A DNA stretch of 64,000 nucleotides from the NCBI GenBank assembly GCA_043228905.1, contig JBHGNT010000005.1, forward strand, positions 558,001 to 622,000, read 5' to 3'. Numbering within the stretch: the stretch's first letter is position 1; each line of letters starts with the position of its first letter. The notes under the pieces were generated by a model, which searched no databases, had not been told where the DNA came from, and was given only the letters and a program-made list of their open reading frames with translations. Shown one piece after another: positions 26,182 through 40,111 of this stretch. This DNA is from Azolla caroliniana. Its lineage: Eukaryota > Plantae > Polypodiophyta. Position numbers and translations under genes: made by a program.

Positions 26182-26679
26182 TACGACAGTGGTGTAGCTT
26201 GCTTTTCTTTCGTTAAATTTGTTTTGCTTTTTTGCTTTTTTCGCCTTTTCTGCCGAAATCTATATTCATAGCCCTCCAAATCCTTTCTTTCGTTTTTTTT
26301 TTTCTTTCTTCCTTTGCTTTTTTTTGGGGGGAGGGGGAGGGGTTCCTAAATTTGCTTTTCTCTACAATATTCATTGTTTCGTTTTGTTTGGACTTTTTTT
26401 TTTTCCTTTCTCTTATAGAAACGCTACTGACTAGATGAAAAAATAGACCTTTTTGTTGTCGTTGAATGTAGAGTCATTAAAAAGATGAGGAAGGGAGACA
26501 TAAGTGAGAGCACACGACACTCCCCCGATGGACAATTTTAACTGTGTTGGCAAGGCAGTTTAGTGCATACGTTGAGATTTGAGCTCGAATGCATATATAT
26601 CAGTACAAACGTTGGCTTACTATAGCACACCCATCCTATGATTGAGGAGACAAGCCTGAGAACATATTGTGCCTTTGCC

Positions 26680-27195
26680 ATTACTTTCGCTTCTTCTTCT
26701 TCTTCTTCTTCTTCTTCTTCTTCATCATCATCATCATTATTAGAACAATTCTCTTCATCATAATCGTCTTCTCCTTGACGACATACACATCTTTTAATAA
26801 GAGAGGTAGATTGACAGATAGATTTCTCTAATCTTCTTCGGATGTCAAATATGATCCATGAGACCAAACGTTTTCATGTGATGCATGTGGAAAGTGAGTG
26901 GTGACTCTAGATGTCATTACTTTTGCTCCTTCTTCAGAGGTCAAATATGATCCATGAGACCAAACGTTTCCATGTAATGCATGTGAAAGTAAGTAGCAAC
27001 TCTCGATGTTATTACTTTTGCTTCCCCTTTATCATTATCAAAACAGTTTTCTTTGCCATAATCATCTTCGTCAACTTCACGACATAGACAGAGCTAGATT
27101 TTATTATCTTCTTTGGAAAGTCAAGTATGATCCATGAGACAAAAAGTATAATGTTTTCATGTGATGCATGTGAAAGTGAGCTGCAACTCTTGATG
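26680..27195. repeat. Three degenerate repeat units plus (TTC)n/(TCA)n upstream of the Dof-like gene
   Basis: gtcaa(a/g)tatgatccatgagac...ttcatgtgatgcatgtg(g)aaagt(g/a)ag at ~26844, ~26940 and ~27120. Each copy is preceded by attactt(t)(c/t)gct. Confidence 0.8.
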
Positions 27196-28188
27196 TTGAA
27201 GAAGTTTACTATTGAATACCATGTCAAATGAAAGTACACACTATGACCACAATTGAGGATTGGGTTGGGTTAAAATTGTGCACAAAACATAGTTAAATGT
27301 GACGAAAGGCAATTTAAGCACTGTATCAAAGCCTGATGCTTCTCAGCTTGCATCCAACCATAAAACAAAATTTTGCTTTTATGATTCATTCGGATCTTTT
27401 TTATTATATCCTATATGATTATAGGAAGTCAATATAAGGGACTATTTCGAACCTAAAAATTGTGCTCAACAATGATCTCTATGGGAAGTGATCTTGTCTC
27501 AAGGGGTAACATTTATTTCTTGATTTGGTAAAACTTCGTAAGAAAACACATTTTCACATTTTCAAACTCTTCCGAAGTGGAATTAGGGATACTATCGCCC
27601 CATACTATCATCCCATAAAGAAGCATCAGTATCATTAGAGAGCCCCATTTCTTGATTTCATCCTTTGTGTACTCCATGTGCATTTTGTTTTCATTCTCAT
27701 GGTCTTTGTTTGAGTTAGTGTTCCTTAATTTGACCAATGCCCATTATTGCAAGCGCCCTATGGGTCTACGCAAGAAGTTAGTGATATAGTGAGTGCCTTT
27801 GTTACCTAATACCAACATCTTAATAATAAGGGTTCATTCCATATACTTGCAACACCTTACTGCTATGGTAAGCTAATAATAGACAAAGATAAAGGTGCTT
27901 CTCTCGTGTCAAATATGGGCAATGGGACCAAAAAGGAAAGTAAATAACCTTCCTAGATCTTGTAATGGCCTTTAATAAATTAGGAAAAAATATATAACAA
28001 TTTGTGATAGTAAGGCTTTAAACCCAAGACCTTGTGTTCATAGTCTAATAGCTTACAAGTAGTGTAGCATGATTAGAAGAAAGAAAGAAAAAGTTGAACT
28101 TGAGTTTCTATTGAACTTTCTTTTCTAATAATGATTAAAGAACACAAAATTTACCTCTCCAACTGAAAATGGTATGAATAAGAGAATC

Positions 28189-28373
28189 AATATTTTAGAC
28201 ATGGAAACAAATACTATTGTATAGGAAAACATCATTGTATTTTACAACATTGTATAGGAAAAGCTGTAACCTCCTTGGTAGCTAGGTTCAAGATGTAGCC
28301 TTTGGGCGTTTTGTTCTTAATACTATTGAATAAAATCTTTTATAAAAAAAATAAAAATATTTTGGACATGGAA
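28189..28373 (+). mobile_element. Short retroposed insertion with AATAAA, A-rich tail and 18-bp target-site duplication
   Basis: aatattttagacatggaa (28189-28206) and aatattttggacatggaa (28356-28373) flank ~150 bp ending gaataaaatcttttataaaaaaaataaa. Confidence 0.7.
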
Positions 28374-28913
28374 TAGAAGAGCACATATGGTCATGGCCCA
28401 TGGGTATAAATTGGATGTGTTAAAGATTTTTCTTGTATGATGGATGATCTAGAATTTTGATACATGGGTCATGAATGTATCATGGCATGCTTATCATGGA
28501 CATATCATGGCATAGTCATGCATTGGGATCATGATTCATGGGTCATTAATAGTAGTAGATGTATTATGGAAAGAAAACAACACACTTTTAAAGCTCATTA
28601 ACCTTGGTCATTTACCAAATTAGGAAGCTTGCCCGCCACTTGCTTGAAAAATGAATATATCCTAGGTATCCTACCGATCATAATGGAACATGCTCATAAA
28701 GGTTCTAGGCATTCCCTTATGGGCATGATCATTACCATAAAACAAACTTGTGGTTGGGCATTGAACAAACTTATCATATGATGGATGCATTGAAGAGTTG
28801 AATACCTTAGGATAAACACAAATAATAGGGACTATTTACTTTGTTGATGGTGTCAAACTCTAACTAAATAAAATTATCATTATGATTAACCTTGTACCCC
28901 CCTTAAAACTATT

Positions 28914-29465
28914 CCTCATTTAGGAACCACCTCCAAATCATTTAGGAACCACCTCCAAGGCTCAATCAAGTGGGAAAATATATGTTGGCTATCATGGCAG
29001 GCCGCAATTGGCAAATACGAGCATCGGGAGGAGGGGATGACTTTGGTGATAAAAGCACAAGAGGTCTTTTTCTCCTCTAGCGGCAATGTCCACTCCACTC
29101 CTCTTAATGACAAATCTCAAGAGGTGTTGGAATTGATCTACCCAATAACTCTTTGGATTCTATGGAAACAACGATGTAGGCGAGTCTTCTCCAACCAAAC
29201 CGCACATCCAACAAGGTTACTGCAAGAGATATGGAGTGAAATTGTAGCCACTCTGAAGAGCCAATATGATGGCCTTAAGGGCAGCTCCAAGGGAGTTGAA
29301 AGACAACAAATAGCCTTCATCCAACAGTAGTCGTCCTCTCCCTTTCTTGCGTCAGTGGGCATCCACATAAGATGGAACTATCGTGTCCCTTCAGGGATTT
29401 GTACATAATCGTCTCATTTGTAAAATTTTATAACTAATGGAAGGAGTTTTTTTTTGGTAAAAAGA
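28914..29465 (+). mobile_element. 5'-truncated L1-type LINE 3' fragment
   Basis: Frame ...ITLWILWKQRCRRVFSNQ...EIWSEIVATLKSQYD...RWNYRVP, the same motif order as the fragment at 8839-9563. Confidence 0.75.
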
Positions 29466-32400
29466 GAGACTTATGTGTTTCTTTTCCTTTGAGTTTTTGG
29501 ATTTATACTTTAAAATAGTAAACATGATACATGATGGGGACATGATGGGGAGCACCATAAACAAACATTTTGAATATTACTCCTCTGTCAGACGAATTCA
29601 CATGCAAATAAATTTGTTTTGGCTTTGGCCACCCCTTATAGGTGCATCATAATACCCTAATGTTATGATTAGCAATTCCATCATCCACATTTTGACACGA
29701 GAAATAAGTCTTTCCCCATAAAATTTTATATTTGATTGAATGCCTCAAATCTTGATTTAAATGTTTAGTTTCCAAATTGTAAACATTTTGAAATTTTATC
29801 CAAACGAAATATATTCTAGCTACTATAATATAAATAAATATATAAGTAAAACAAAAAGGGCATGAGTTCTTTACATGATTCCCTTCTCTTTCAACGAGAA
29901 CCAGAACTCATGATGCAATGATCAAATATCCTGGGAACCAAAAACAAAAAAAAACGGAGAAACATTATTGTGCTCAGAGAATCTTGCAATGAGATCACAA
30001 CAATAGAATATGGGAATTTCTAGTATAGAGCATAGGCACACAACACTACATTAAAGACTTGCGGATGAAACACAATGTAAAGACGATGACACAAAAACTT
30101 TGCTGGAAATGGGCGTTGTGGATCAAACACGACATGTCTTTTGGGAAGGAAAACAATCTTGAAATGCATTTTTTTTTTCAAAACAAAGATACAACATTAG
30201 TATTAAGAAACGCCCTAAAACTATACATACAAGATGTACCTTTTAGTAATGAGCCTCTTTTTCTAACTTCTAACCATCGGCTTAAATAAACACTTTGGTG
30301 TAGAGTCCACTCCACCTTATCAGAAATCCGTCTATAAATCATTATGATGGTTCATATAGTCTCTTATTTCCTAGAAACATTTCTCTTGCGCCTTATGCTA
30401 TGAGGAACCTCCATAATGGTAGAGATGTCACTAAAGAAACTCAACAAAAGCATAGTCGACACTTTCACAATTCCTTTGCATGTAGACCTTTGTTTCTAAA
30501 CTTGGATTTGTAAGTCTTTCTTTGTGGAAATTAAAGAGGGAAAGGTAAATCCAAATGAATAATTTAAAAGAAGATTTGAATACTTATGTACATGACGTGA
30601 TCTTTTCTGATGTTATCTACCCTCTCCTAGAAATAGTGTATTTGGATAATGTCAATATTTTCTAAGCCTAATCTTTAAGAATAGAAGGAAGTTCATTCCA
30701 CATTTGTCAAATTTTCAATTAATTTATACTCAACGTATTCGTTTTGCTCTAGTGGGTGTTTCTCTAAGCCATCTCTTTATTGGGTTGTTTGGTATTTCTA
30801 GCAAGATGTCATGGGGAAATTGACAATCTCCCTTGAGCTTTGAGCAACTACGTCAACACTAAGCAAAATCTAAAGAAAGAAATAAGGCAAAGCTTTAAAT
30901 TAGCTATATTAAACATGATACAAGGCCAAGCATCAATGTGCTATAGCTTAAAGTCTAGAAAGTCAAGAAGATCTTATTTTTATACTGCATTTACAAAGAA
31001 GTATTTCCATAAGGCCCGACCCTTTCACACTTTTTTGGACAATGGGTTTTCCAACCTTAAGTTTAGGTGTTATTGCATACATTTTGATATAAAGCTTAGT
31101 CCTATGAGCCAATGCCAATAGGGAGGTATGAGGAGCGCAACGTCGGAGAATCCTAAATAATACTCCATGTCGTTAATATCATAACTATTTATTGTGGTAC
31201 ACCACATAAGTTTATAATGATGGAAGAAAATCAAAACGATGACAAAATTCATACCCTAAATACTAGCTTCAATTTCTTTTACATTGCATAAATAACTCCA
31301 TAAGTATGAATATAAACGGGGCATAACATGGGTAAATGAATTATTAAAGAAAATAAATGCTTGGAAACTTTTTAAGAAAAGGGACTACTCTTTTAAAATT
31401 CCTTACCGTTTACTTTATTCTTGGCAAACATTACTTCTAATTTGCTATGCTATTGTTAAATTCCATGATTCTTTCAAAATACCTTGGTCACGAAAATAGT
31501 CAAAAGTTTTTGAAGACCTTCAGAATCAGTTAGTGTCTTATATTGCTTATAGATTCAAGGAGTTTCCGTATTGAAATTCTAAAATCCAAAGGTACAAGAA
31601 AATTGGTAATGTAATGATTTGCAATTCAAAGTCTCAAGTCTCGGGTTCTAAGCAATGACTTTGATGTTGCGTAAACTAATTTCGATTTATTTTTTTCCCT
31701 AAAAAAATACCCTCCATTGGTATTAAAATTAAGGTGGCCAGACGCAATATACAAAAACATCTTCAGCTATTTGCAAGAGAACCATACTTCACCTACATAT
31801 ATAATCAACAAAAACTTCTTCAGCTGTTTGCGAAGAACCATACTTCACATAAATATCAATCAACATGTTTCCTATTAAAATCTCATCGTCTAGCCTTTTC
31901 TTCACAATTTCAACATAAATGCATTGACCCTCATCTGGTTTGCCTAATTTAGCAGAAGCTTTTAGGCTATGTGAATATGTTAGAGCATTCTGAAGGATTC
32001 CTTTGAACTATTTTCGGATACTTCTTACAATCTTACTTTGGTTAACATACATTTAGCAATCTTATCTTAAAAAATGGTGTTACAATAATGACGTTGGAAT
32101 TCTTCAACATACATACTAACAACAATAACATGCTCTCTACTAATTAACGGTAATAAAGACAACACAGTATTCTTAGGATCTCGTCATTCTTGATTTCAGC
32201 TACTATTTGAAGTTATTTTTTGTTTGTTTCAAGTTGTTTGGCATCTTGCATGTCTTCTGTTGTCAATATTACTTTTTAAGCTTATATGAGATGTTCATTA
32301 TTTGACTAGAAATAAGTTCCTACTTGGAACCTGTGCCTATACTCTTATTCTCGTAAAAAAAAGCAATGTGACTTCAAGTGCTTTCAAAGTTGGAGAGCTT

Positions 32401-33874
32401 CCATGGGGTTTAAGGGATAAATTACTCATATTCTTTGCCGAGCTTGAGAAAAATATGTATTATCATAGACGAATTTTGTTTGGAGTATAGATCTTGAGAG
32501 AACTATGAACTAGACATATGTTATATTTACTTCCATCTACCATTTGTTGATGAGATTGCACACCATTCATAATCCCATGCAATATATATAACCATATTGA
32601 TAAGAAGGAATACTGACACTACACACAACTTGTCACATCCCTAGAGTAAATATCCTACAACTAGGATAAATTGAATAAAAATGTAACAAGAAGTAAGTTG
32701 CATTTTCATGCTAGTGAGAATATGTAAATGAATGGTAGTGATTTATCTATGCACAACAAGTTCCTTTAATTGGATGTCTTTCTACTTGCAATAGTTATAA
32801 TGCACATTTGTGAGGTCCCCCACCCTAAATAAGCAGTTGCCTTTAGAAATATTTTGATTAGAAAATTGTATCTTCAAGAGTTGAGTGGAAAAAGAAACAT
32901 ATTGCTACATTATAGGCCACTTTTCTTTTCCGTTAATCCTTATGGCCTAGAGTATCTAAGAAAGCACAAGATGATCTAGCATATCATGAATAAAATATGT
33001 ATATACATGGAAACTTCTCTAGTGCACTAATGAATAGTTACATGTAGGTTTACTTTGCTTGATGAAACAACAAAGGTTGAGACAGGAGCCATTACGTCCA
33101 CATGAATTTTATTTTATGGGATCCTTAGCATACATATATTTGTAGTTACAATGTAGAATTTTGGATATAGGTAGAGTTTTGGATATAGAATTTTGTATTG
33201 GAATAATTAATTTGAGAGAGGTTATGTTAAAATAAGATCTCATGGCATTATGACAACTCAAAATTTTCATTATATGAAATATGTTTGACCTATATATATA
33301 TATAAATTTATAATAATAATAATATATATATATATATAATATACACATATACATATCTAGATGCACTCCTAGACAAATGAAAAAAGATTGCATGACTTTC
33401 GTCCTCACATATACAAGGAAATGTCAAAACTGACCAATTCATGTGTTGTTATCCCCACATAATTCAAGGCATGCTTGGAAATAAATTTCCTTGTGAGTCT
33501 GTGACCCATAATTGCAATTGAGAATGATATATCATGCCACTGTTGAAACGTTCTCTCCACAATCAAGTTCTAGCCTCCATAACTTCTTCAAGTTGTTGTA
33601 ATTCCATTGCCATTGCACCCTAGGCGAAACATAGATGCCATATGTGCACAATGCAATAAAGATGTAAATGTCTTGTATACTTTTATGGGGTTCCATTGGT
33701 AATGTCACTTGTCTTCGAGGGTGATGATGAATCAAAAAGCAATTTAAACACATAAAGGCACCCCCCACCAACGCATGCAATGGATACCTTCAACATTTGC
33801 ATACACATTCCCCTTTTTATGGACAAAACTAAGCCTTCAAATACGATGTGTAATAGAAATGACACATATAGGCA

Positions 33875-33876
<2 letters not shown>

Positions 33877-33907
<31 letters not shown>
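33877..33907. repeat. (CA)n microsatellite
   Basis: Read directly from the sequence. Confidence 0.9.
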
Positions 33908-33909
<2 letters not shown>

Positions 33910-35536
33910 CATATGTGTGCAAATATACAAATGATAAATGTAAGTTTACACACATGTACATGCCCATATGTAAGAATTTTTGTTGAATAATAATGTTGCA
34001 CATGTATTAAGCACATAGATACCCTTTAATCCTATACGAGAGCATTTTTACATTGTGCACATGGATGTAAAAACGCACTATATTCATATGCGCACTTATG
34101 AATGCCATCATCACAATGAAGATTATGTCCTAGTATCCTCATCTTGGTGCTAGAAGAAACCCAAATCATCTTATATTTCTACAAGATTTATAGAAAATCT
34201 ACATCTTATGCGATAGGAGATACTATCTATCTCAAGTATTGAGACAAATAAGACATTGGAATCTCGGGATTCATTCATCATCATGCCATGGAAGCCAAAA
34301 CACTATATTGCATCTCATCATGAAGATGCTTTCCTTTATGTGAAACTGAATAAGAATCTAATGTTCTAATGCAAGTCACTTACAATAAAAAAGAAGAGCA
34401 AACATTTTAAATGCTTTCATGCATGTGGAAGATATGATGAGTGTGTCATGGGAAAGAAGAGACCTTTGATCCTCAGAAGATTGCTTGTGAGATCATCTTC
34501 ATTGGTTAGCAGAGAAATCTTTAGAAGTTTACGATTCTTTATATGCTTTGGGATAGACATCATGAATTTAAGTATGCTTTGAAGTGTACGATAAGGAAAA
34601 GCCTTATAAATTTACACTCTACCTGTTAAACAGTATATAAAAGGGAATAAAGCATCAAGAATGGAGTCCGAAAGAACAAGAGGAAGGGCACTATTTCAAG
34701 TGGAACTTTGAAAGTTGATATGATTTGCTTCCAATTTTAATCTTTATGGAGATTGAAAAGTAGCAACTAGTGGAATTAGTGTTGACTTTTAAAAGACGAC
34801 ATCACTTTATAGTGTTATACAAATCCTCAAGTGAACTAGAACACGGTATATCATGCATTTAAACATTCATGTACTCCATCCATACCACATTAACACCCAC
34901 CATAGAGATAGAATATTCGAAACATCTCTCAGTCACTAAATTTCATAGAAAATAATGACAACAATTGAACATGCCGAAAACTTTATTATTATTGTCGTCT
35001 CCATAACCCAACTATGTACAATTTGTTCTAGGTCGATTTATGGCGATTTCCTTGCATTACATGTTTGTGCGAGTTACACAAATGATTGGGAATATGAGAT
35101 TTAAAACCTTATGTTCTTCAACATAACAAAGTCGCTATGATATTTGGATGGTGCATTCATGTCCAACAATTTTTCTTTAGTATGTGAAGCATGAGATGTT
35201 ATGAGATCCCAAATGTCCATTATAGGAAATTGAGAAGTATAAATTGGGAAAAACTTCCAAGTTATGAAAACATCTTATTTAAGTAATTTTTATACATTTT
35301 GTAGGAACTTAATTTGGTTTAAGCACATCATAAAGAGTCACTTCAATAGATTATCTCAAATAAAAAAAAAAGTCAAGTTGCATTGTATTTTTAGTTGCAA
35401 GTTGCGAATACAAATTTACTTACCATAAGTTCATGTATATGTGTTTTTAAACTTATGACGTAAACAAGTACAGTCTTGAGAACATTTATATACTTCTTGG
35501 CATGTATGCTATGTCTCCAAACAAAGTTAAGTTTAA

Positions 35537-35559
35537 CCCCCCCCCCCCCCCCCCCCCCC
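35537..35559. repeat. Poly-C tract (23 nt)
   Basis: Read directly from the sequence. Confidence 0.9.
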
Positions 35560-36919
35560 TTAATGCAATCCCACTTGACATTGAGTGGGTATGCATGTGG
35601 TTTGTTTTAAAGCTTCTTTGTTGATAAACCTGAATAATCATTTCTTCTAGTTTGACTCAACAACATAACTCCACATCCATGTTGTATAGCTTAATTAATT
35701 ATATTGTGAAAAGAAATGGCAACAAATATTTAAACAACTCAGGTGCCACCACGTTCCAAGTGCGACACAATGTGTTGCTTGCTTTAAGGTGATCGAGGAG
35801 GTGGCCGGGGGATAAATAGATTCAATGATTCCACATGAGAATAAAGTTGTCCTCAATATGTAATTATCGATAGGCTATAAAGTCTTTTGCATTATTTTTC
35901 CATGAGTGGTTATTTACGGAGCACATCAAGGACATGGTTTCTTAGGGTAATTTTAGCTTTTTCTTGAGAAATACTTTTCCAAATAAAAATAACAGAATTT
36001 CCATAGATCCTTCTCACTTTAAAGGCAATATTTGGGAGTCTATGGGACACTATATGTCTTATTTTCAACATGGTTTGTTGCATGGTTCTTGTAAAATTTG
36101 ACATCATGAGTCTAGTGTCATTAGAATTTCTATGAATGTTGGACCTTTCTAGAATTTATTCATCACATGTGGATCAAATTAATCATTATGGATATACCAA
36201 GTTATTTGTGACCAACACCGCTAGAATTGTTGAAGCATGAGCTACCATGAGAAACCCTAGTTCATCCCATGATCCAAAAGTGCACATGATCATATCAAGA
36301 TTTAGAGATAGATTGGTATTTGATATAAAAATGGGAAAAGCAAGAGGTCCATGAAACTTGGATGAGAATGTGGCCTTAATGTTCGGGAAACTCGAGGTGT
36401 AAGTAGAAAGAATGGTGGGGGAACTCGAGGTAGGATAAGAGTTTCACGGACGATTGACATGGAGAAAGGTGATAAAGATGGCTTGTGGAAACAACAAAGG
36501 TGAGTGAGTGAGAGAGAGATATATGTAGACATGTATGTTTATCTTTCATCATAAAGGGGGGTCACTACATAAGGGGTGCCTTGCTTAAGGATTCAACTTC
36601 GTATGTTTTAAGGTCCCCCAAGATCCCCACCACCAAGCACACCTTATTTTCCCTTACCCATTCACTACACAATCTTGTCAAGGAGATCTAACATTGTAGA
36701 CAATATACTAATGATGAGCTACATCGAGGCAACTAGGAGTAAAGTTACTAGTGAGTCGCCATATATTCAAGCTTCTTATGAAGATTTGATCCCCACACAT
36801 ATTGTCCTTTCTCTATTAGTCTCTCCCTCTAAACCTCACGTCATCCATTAATGAATACAAGCCCATGAAGGTTAATTAATTCTAATTACTTCTTGTCTCA
36901 TGTAATTCCATCCATACCC

Positions 36920-39900
36920 ATGCATATTATGGGATTGAATATGGCCACAGATCTCTCCTTGGGTCATCATGAGGCCATGAATAACGAGGATATTAAAAAT
37001 AACACACCCGACAACAATTTTAAAATTACTAGCCCATTAACTTATAAAGATAATTATGCTAGTAACATAATATTATATGATAATCATAACGAGCCCAATA
37101 ATATGAGTATTGTTCGAGACGAGCAAATGAGCATTAATGCCATGTACTCGGACTTACGTGCACTTGAGGTGTACCACAAAGCCCTCCATGAGGAACGCCA
37201 CAAGGTCCGGGCATTCGAGCATGAGTTGCCCTTTTGTATGCAACTCTTGGATGATGGTAACCAAATTACGAACTAGTATTTGTTAGAGTTTTATATTATC
37301 CTTACATGTAATATGTATGTGTTTATGTAGGGGTGATTGTGTGCATAGGTACATACATAATGTTTGTGTATATTGACAATGATAGTGATATTAACAATGA
37401 TAGTGATATTGACATTGTTAAAAGCTATATGCATGCATTGTATGTTATAAACTTATATGTATGTATGTATACATTGGTACTGTTAAAGCCATATACATTT
37501 ATGTACATGTATGTTCTCAAATGTTGGAGCTAATGATCTCATTTTGGAGTATTGAGAGTGCTTGTGAGCTCACATGTTTTCACTAATTGTTTGAATTTAT
37601 GTGAACCAGCCATTGAAGCTTCCCGTGAGCACCTCGAAGATAGACTCACGTGTAAACTTCACACTCCTAGTCTTGATGATTCTAAAACTCCAAAGTTTGT
37701 GCATACTGGCGGCTCAATGCTTCCGACCCTTGGGGAATTTTATACGAAACCAAACCACTTCAAACGCAAGTGGACATCATATGTAGATGTCAATTCGGAA
37801 TATAAACAAGAAACTCGACTAATCTCAAGCACACACCCAATTGCTAAATGGATACCCACCCCATCCCCTAATGATCGTATTGGCTATGAGAACCCTTCAT
37901 CCTCAAATATTCAAGCCCAGGCAAGTCCTCGAATCAAGAGATGATTGCACCAATATATAAGTTTGGTATACTACAAAAATGTTAGTTGATAACTAATGGT
38001 TGATAACTCCAATGATTGCATGCATTGTTTTGTCTGAGTAAAATCCTCGCTAGTTTAATGTTTACTATTTGATGTTTGATTTCTTCACAGGGTAACTTCA
38101 TTAAAGGAAGCATAGGAAAATTTGAAGAGCTATGTGTGAAGCCCGAACCTAGTGCACACCCCTTGAATCAAAATTACATGAAGGTTGTTATCAATGGTGC
38201 ACCGATTAGTAACATGGAGGGTAATAATCTCTCGTCAAGTCCCATGATATGTAACATGAATGGCATCGCTAAGCTCTCCAACGAACTACACCAAGTTTCA
38301 TCATTAAACGTATCGAAACCAACATTAGCAATGAGTAGTGCTCCTGCTATGCAAAGGAAACCAAGGAGATGCTGGTCCCCTGAACTCCATCAACTCTTTC
38401 TAAAATCTCTCAACCATTTAGGAGGATGCCAAGGTGATGACCATTAATGAATTGCTTGTGGCATATGTTTAACAATATTAATATTATACAAGAATTAGCT
38501 AGCAATGAATTCTATGGTTACAATCCTCATTGTGCTATAATTATAGTGGTATTCAACATCATGTGATTGTCTCTACAATTTATGTAATGACTAAGTTGGT
38601 TCTTTTGAATCTTCTTATCCAAATTACCATCTAATTCCTCTAAGTTGGTACGTTACCTTGTTTTGTATGGTACGAACTGGGTCTAGAATTTAAATACATT
38701 TAATCATGACATGTTAAAGTTTCCTTCACAATGTTATTGCATCTAATTCGTTGGTGTCCGTATGCTCTTATATCATATTGTATAGATTGAATGCACTCAT
38801 TCATCACAATATACTCGAGCAACAATGATTTCTGTAAGGATGCATCGTACAAAAATACCATGGCACACACATGTTGTATGATTACTATGTTGAAGACATT
38901 CTCCACCATAATGTTTAACTTGCATTGATCTGTACAGTAGCAACACCGAAACAAATTCGTGAGTTGATGAATGTCGAAGGTCTTACAAATGATGAAGTCA
39001 AGAGCCATCTCCAGGTAAAACTTCACTTCCTCATTTTAGATTATCAATATGACTTCGTATAAACCATATTGAAATTTAACTTTCGATTGCACCACCTAAT
39101 GAGTACACATTAAGGTGTGAAAGCAAAAACATCACCCTCCCTTCAGAATATACAACTAACAAATTACTTGGTGTTGTTCAATTGATCTATTTTGTGTCAA
39201 TCCACACTTGTACTTAATGCACTACATTATATGATTCTCTTCAAGGAACCAAGAAATCGCTATGTAAAATATATAATGTATTTGTTGCGACACGACAAAA
39301 ATGACGGCTTAGATTAATTATTTCTCGTTACTTCATGGCTCTAAATATCAAAAAAACATGGGAGTGATTGAAGCATCTTCATCATATTATTGACATGTTA
39401 ATGAAACATGAAGTGATTGAATCATCTTCATCATATTCGTGACATGTTAATGAAACATGGGAGTGATTGAAGCATCTTCATCATATTATTGACATGTTAA
39501 TGAAACATGAAGTGATTGAAGCATCTTCATCATATTATTGACATGTTAAAAACCCCTAGCTAGCTAGGTATGCTAGTCATGGTGTATGAGGATGTTATGA
39601 ATGAATACAACATAATTAGATGAATGAATACACTAAACTATGCATGTATGTATATATATGAATCATGGTGGATTGGATCAATTGATTAATTCTAGTTTTT
39701 TATTCTGCTTAATCTTTGTGTTAGAAATTTCGGCTTCACATGAGAAGGCCAAACATTAACATGGGCGAGATGGAGTCAAGCAAGCAAAGTGGAGCTGCAG
39801 GAGATGGACAGCATGTTGTTGTTTTTGGGTGCAATCCATTGATGCGAGGGCTGTCTCAAACAGACAATTATGATGCCTATCACGATCATAATGATGATGA

Positions 39901-40111
39901 TCCACGACAGGCTCACAGGAATTTGCCATTAATTTGCGATAACAGTGAAGTAACTTCAATGGAGGATGATGAGACAGTAGATAACCACCAACAGGAAGAA
40001 CGAAGAAATATATATAGCCGCCAAGGTGTTGATCATCACAGGCAAAGATTAGATATAAATCAAGAGAATTTTGATCTGAGGATCGCATGCACCACCAAAT
40101 CCTGCCAATGA
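36920..40111 (+). CDS. GARP/G2-like MYB transcription factor of the HHO/HRS1/NIGT1 family
   Basis: Exons ~36920 (or 36929/36941)-37256, 37610-37920, 38091-38433, 38938-39014 and 39725-40111. It has an N-terminal DLSL EAR-like motif, the coiled-coil [28 protein letters not shown], and the Myb domain [57 protein letters not shown]. Intron 2 is GC-AG. Confidence 0.92.
39354..39549. repeat. Four-copy 49/50-bp minisatellite in HHO intron 4
   Basis: aaacatg(gg/a)agtgattgaa(g/t)catcttcatcatatt(at/cg)tgacatgttaatg, four copies. Confidence 0.93.

Noticed and set aside
34911-36197. P1BS-like GNATATNC sites (GAATATTC at 34911, GGATATAC at 36190) upstream of the HHO/NIGT1-like gene
   Set aside because: Biologically plausible, but one or two such degenerate 8-mers are expected by chance in 2 kb of AT-rich DNA.
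39354-39549. Regular repeat array considered as CRISPR-like
   Set aside because: Units are head-to-tail with no unique spacers and no cas genes, and the array lies inside a eukaryotic intron.
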